Shown: positions 60,567 to 64,000 of the stretch, piece by piece
Layout of the letters: each line of letters begins with the position of its first letter
Numbering within the stretch: position 1 is the first letter of the stretch
Assembly: GCA_965226375.1 (NCBI GenBank)
Contig: CBDDCX010000008.1
Span: 2,080,001-2,144,000, forward strand
Reading direction: 5' to 3'
Origin: Longimicrobiales bacterium
Lineage (GTDB): Bacteria; Gemmatimonadota; Gemmatimonadetes; Longimicrobiales; Gaopeijiaceae
Length of the DNA stretch: 64,000 nucleotides
Position numbers and translations under genes: made by a program
Notes under the pieces: generated by a model
Seen by the model: the letters and a program-made list of their open reading frames with translations, nothing else
Told to the model about the DNA's origin: nothing
Database searches by the model: none

Positions 60567-61541
60567 ATGGTCCAAGACCCGCGACTCGTCGTCGTCTTCG
60601 CTGCCCTGGCGGCCATGTTGGCGATTCTCTCCTGCGCGGCCGGCGTGGGGGTCTTCAGGGACTGGCGTCGGCGGCGTTCTGTACGGGATGCCCTCTCGGA
60701 GCTCGAGTCCATTCGGGTCGACACCGCATCCGGTACTGCCGTTCTGCAATCGGAGGGAGGGGACTCGGCCCTCCACCGCCTCGTGGCCCGCGTGCCGTGG
60801 GCGGGAGAGCTCGAGGATCTGCTTGTCAGGTCAGGTCTTCACTGGTCTGTGGAAAGATTGCTGCTACTGACTGGGCTCTGGGCGATCCTGCTCGGCATGC
60901 CCGTCTGGTTTGCCACCAAGATCGCCTGGGTGGCTCTGGTGGCACTGGTCGTCGGCGCTTGGCTACCGAAACTCTACGTGAACTTCAAGGCGATGCGCCG
61001 TATTCGGGCGCTCGAGGCTCAGCTTCCGGGGGCCATTGATCACCTCACACGAGCCGTCCGGGCGGGGCACCCCTTGTCGGCGGGATTCAAGATGCTCGCG
61101 GAGGAGTCGGAGGAACCCTTGGTCAGTGAGTTCAGGGCCGTGTTCGAGGAGCAAAGATTCGGCCTGCCCTTCGAAGAGGCACTGATGGGCTTCGCAGACC
61201 GGGTGGATCTCACCGACGTGAGAATTCTGATCACCGCCATTCTGGTCCAGCGGGAAGTGGGCGGCAACCTGGCGGAGATCCTCGAAAAGGTGGCCGACAC
61301 CATGCGGGTCAGATTCTCCGTCCGGAGGCAGGTGAGGGTCTACACGGTGCAGGGGCGCATGAGCGGGTACATCCTCGCCGCCCTCCCGATGGTCGTGGGT
61401 CTCTTCATCTTCCTGATCAATCGCGAGTACATGGGGCTGCTCTTCACCCACCCTACAGGGGAGGCACTACTGACTCTGGCCGCCACCCTGCAGTTGGTCG
61501 GGTTCTTGTGGATTCGGAAAATCGTAAACGTCGAGTACTAG
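60567..61541 (+). CDS. tadB: TadB (T2SS-F family)
   Basis: QLPGAID..RAGH, QREVGGNLAEIL, QGRMSG..L.ALP. Confidence 0.9.
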   Translation: MVQDPRLVVVFAALAAMLAILSCAAGVGVFRDWRRRRSVRDALSELESIRVDTASGTAVLQSEGGDSALHRLVARVPWAGELEDLLVRSGLHWSVERLLLLTGLWAILLGMPVWFATKIAWVALVALVVGAWLPKLYVNFKAMRRIRALEAQLPGAIDHLTRAVRAGHPLSAGFKMLAEESEEPLVSEFRAVFEEQRFGLPFEEALMGFADRVDLTDVRILITAILVQREVGGNLAEILEKVADTMRVRFSVRRQVRVYTVQGRMSGYILAALPMVVGLFIFLINREYMGLLFTHPTGEALLTLAATLQLVGFLWIRKIVNVEY

Positions 61542-61552
61542 AGGAGTCTTGC

Positions 61553-62452
61553 GTGCCTTTACTCGTCAGCATCCTGGCTGGTCTCTCCGTCACCCTGGTC
61601 ATGACCGGCGCCTCACAACTCGTATTCGGGCCGGCTCGGAGCGTGAGACGAGAGGTGGCCAGACTGCAGCGGACCGGTCCCGACCCCTTCGGCGTCCGGG
61701 CGAGGAGAGGAAGACGGGAGCGACGGCTCCGTCTGCGGAAGGCCTTCCGAGACCTCGGAGAGCGGATCGAGGACCGACAAGTGGAGATGGAGGGTGTCCG
61801 GCTGCGACTGATCCAGGCTGGGTACTGGGACTCCGACGCGGTCCGTTACTACTTGGCAGCCCGTGTGGTCCTGCCGGCCGGTTTGGTCGGCACAACCCTT
61901 CTGGTCGGAGGCATCCTGGGGGTGCGGATCGGCTCTCTGGGTTGGATCGCCCCTCAGTGGTACATCACGCGGCGGAGATCCCGGCGGTGGCGTGAGGTAC
62001 ACCTCGCTCTTCCAGACGCCCTGGACCTTCTGGTGGCCTGCGTGGAAGCGGGCATGGGTCTGAATCAGGCATTGAGCCGAGTCGCGGAAGAGGTCCGGCG
62101 TATCAGCTCCGTGATGAGCGAGGAACTGGTCATGGTGAACCTGGAGATTCGGGCCGGCACGCCTCGAGCGCAGGCGCTCACGAACCTGGGGATCAGGAGT
62201 GACCTGGTTGACCTCAAGGCCCTGGTGAGCATGCTCGCCCAGTCCGACCGGTTCGGTACGTCCATCGCTCAGTCCCTGCGTGTGCACGTGGATTCCTTGC
62301 GAACCAAGCGACGGCAGGCGGCGGCGGAAGCGGCAGCAAAGACCACCATCAAGCTGGTGTTCCCTTTGGTCTTCTGCATCTTCCCGGCCCTCTTCGTTGT
62401 CATTCTCACACCGGCGGTCATTCAGGTCGTCGAGCAGTTGTTGGCGCTGTGA
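61553..62452 (+). CDS. tadC: TadC (T2SS-F family)
   Basis: GAGGAG RBS + GTG; LPDALDLL..CVEAG.GL, Q.DRFGTSI, KLVFPLVFCIFPA. Confidence 0.9.
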   Translation: MPLLVSILAGLSVTLVMTGASQLVFGPARSVRREVARLQRTGPDPFGVRARRGRRERRLRLRKAFRDLGERIEDRQVEMEGVRLRLIQAGYWDSDAVRYYLAARVVLPAGLVGTTLLVGGILGVRIGSLGWIAPQWYITRRRSRRWREVHLALPDALDLLVACVEAGMGLNQALSRVAEEVRRISSVMSEELVMVNLEIRAGTPRAQALTNLGIRSDLVDLKALVSMLAQSDRFGTSIAQSLRVHVDSLRTKRRQAAAEAAAKTTIKLVFPLVFCIFPALFVVILTPAVIQVVEQLLAL

Positions 62453-62814
62453 TGCGCTTCTTTCAGATACAGAACGAGCGTTCCGGGGCCCTTCTGGGTC
62501 AGCGGATCGAGCTTGCGGAGGGCTGGTGGAGCAGAGCCGTCGGCCTTCTCGGCCGATCCGAACTCCTTCGTGGACATGGGATCTTGCTCATTCCGTGTAC
62601 CTCCATTCACACGGTGGGCATGCGTTTTACGGTGGACATCGCGTTTCTGGACGTAGGATGCAGAGTCACGAAGACGCGGGCGAATCTGCCACCGGGGCGG
62701 TTCGCGAGGGGAGGGGGAGATGTACAAGCCACCCTCGAGCTACCGGTAGGAACGCTCGCCGCTACGGACACCCGAGAAGGAGATGTCTTGACCTTTGAGG
62801 AGACGGTCCGATGA
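62449..62814 (+). CDS. DUF192 domain protein
   Basis: R.VGLLGR, PCTSIHTVGMRFTVDIAFLD, TLELP.G. Confidence 0.85.
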   Translation: MMRFFQIQNERSGALLGQRIELAEGWWSRAVGLLGRSELLRGHGILLIPCTSIHTVGMRFTVDIAFLDVGCRVTKTRANLPPGRFARGGGDVQATLELPVGTLAATDTREGDVLTFEETVR

Positions 62815-64000
62815 GTATCGTTTCGGAAAGGCCCGATATGACCTCCGCGCAACCAGCTCTTCATGGATCCCCGGAGGAGCCCTCGGACCCGATGAAGGCA
62901 AGGTGGCCGGCCCCGCCCGCTACGGTGGAGGAGACCGGGCTGTCTCGTGATCTCGTGAGCGGGCTTCTGGTCAAATCCCTGCATCAGAAGGGTGGTCTCT
63001 CGGGGTTCGGCGTATCAGATGCTCTGGCCCTTCCCTTCGGTCTGGTAGACGACCTGCTAATGGAGCTTCAGGGCGCAGGGCTCATCGAGGTGAAACGAGC
63101 CGAAGGGCCTACCCGGAGTTCCTTCTGGTTCGCCCTTACCAGAAACGGGGGGGAGCGAGCTAGCGAAGAGATGGCCGCCAGCCGGTATGTGGGGCCGGCC
63201 CCAGTGACTTTTCAGAAGTATGTGGACTGGATCCATCGACAATCGGTGGGGGCCGTCCGGATACCCCGTGAACGCCTGGAAGACGGGCTTTCGGAGATGG
63301 TCCTTCCTGAGGGGTTCATCGACCTGCTCGGGCCCGCCGTGCACTCGGGCAAGTCTCTCTTCCTGTACGGGGACCCAGGCAACGGAAAGACCCGCATCGC
63401 CGAGGCGGTTGCAGGCTTGTTCCGTGAGAGCTTCTACGTTCCTCACGCCGTGGATCTGGACGGCCACATCATGGTCCTCTACGACCCCGTGTTCCACGAA
63501 GCGCTCGAGGCCGAGGCTCCGACTCGCGGTGCTGGCCCTGCGCTCTTGAGGGATCTCGCCGAGCACGACCGCCGTTTCGTGAGGGTCAGGCGTCCTGTGG
63601 CCGTGGCCGGGGCCGAGCTGGAGTTGTCACAGCTGGACCTGGGATACGACCTGTTCAGCCGAACCTACCAAGCCCCCATCCAACTCAAGGCGAATGGCGG
63701 CGTGCTTGTCATCGATGACCTGGGCCGGCAAAGGGTTCGGCCCCGTGATCTCCTGAACCGATGGATTGTGCCTCTGGAGCACAGGGTGGACTACCTGAGC
63801 CTGAAGAGCGGGAGGAAGATCGCAGTACCGTTCGATTGCCTCGTGGTCTTCTCCACGAACATCGAGCCTCGGGATCTGGCGGAGGAAGCTTTTCTCCGAC
63901 GAATTCACTACAAGATTCGCGTCCCGGATCCGGATCCAGAGGTGTACGACGAGATCTTCTCGCGGTGCTGTGAAAGTCACGGGATCCCCTTCAGTCCGCA
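62811..64000 (+). CDS. AAA+/P-loop ATPase, partial (runs off the right edge; not in ORF track)
   Basis: ATG at 62811 overlaps the DUF192 stop; YVGPAPV, YGDPGNGKT, LKANGGVLVIDDLGRQ, FSTN, EAFLRRI. Confidence 0.85.
   Translation, partial: MSIVSERPDMTSAQPALHGSPEEPSDPMKARWPAPPATVEETGLSRDLVSGLLVKSLHQKGGLSGFGVSDALALPFGLVDDLLMELQGAGLIEVKRAEGPTRSSFWFALTRNGGERASEEMAASRYVGPAPVTFQKYVDWIHRQSVGAVRIPRERLEDGLSEMVLPEGFIDLLGPAVHSGKSLFLYGDPGNGKTRIAEAVAGLFRESFYVPHAVDLDGHIMVLYDPVFHEALEAEAPTRGAGPALLRDLAEHDRRFVRVRRPVAVAGAELELSQLDLGYDLFSRTYQAPIQLKANGGVLVIDDLGRQRVRPRDLLNRWIVPLEHRVDYLSLKSGRKIAVPFDCLVVFSTNIEPRDLAEEAFLRRIHYKIRVPDPDPEVYDEIFSRCCESHGIPFSP

Noticed and set aside
59409..60776. Long antisense ORFs (also 15750-16943, 57788-58963, 30582-31592, 4358-5365)
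   Set aside because: Shadow frames of well-supported genes in high-GC DNA, with no motifs
61890..61960. Possible short in-frame deletion in the TadC TM hairpin
   Set aside because: The segment looks short but cannot be judged without an alignment

Overview
GC-rich bacterial window; the PadR/ADOP-permease pairs and the Tad locus layout suggest Gemmatimonadota or Acidobacteriota, which is inference only. Left to right: (i) an edge-truncated CxxCH cytochrome gene and a block of mostly exported peptide/amino-acid enzymes (creatininase-like, two M24, Tat flavin amine oxidase, M1); (ii) a bacteriocin-like locus with two tandem 60/58-aa peptides, the second absent from the ORF track, that share a double-glycine-type leader ending HG-M and Cys at positions 23 and 53, followed by a frameshifted ABC exporter and a truncated C39-peptidase ABC transporter; (iii) an intact, tightly coupled ~20.7-kb pfaD-pfaA-pfaBC-oleABCD-PPTase cluster, predicted to make polyunsaturated long-chain olefins; (iv) several PadR + orphan ABC-permease modules with distinct operator-like repeats; (v) amino-acid catabolic genes; (vi) a Tad/Flp pilus locus behind a sigma54-like promoter, whose 5' genes are absent and which carries a 24-bp GNDKGGGN repeat. 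Several abrupt gene-to-gene junctions and 1-bp frameshifts indicate genome erosion, assembly/long-read error, or both. I found no rRNA, tRNA, CRISPR array or transposase.
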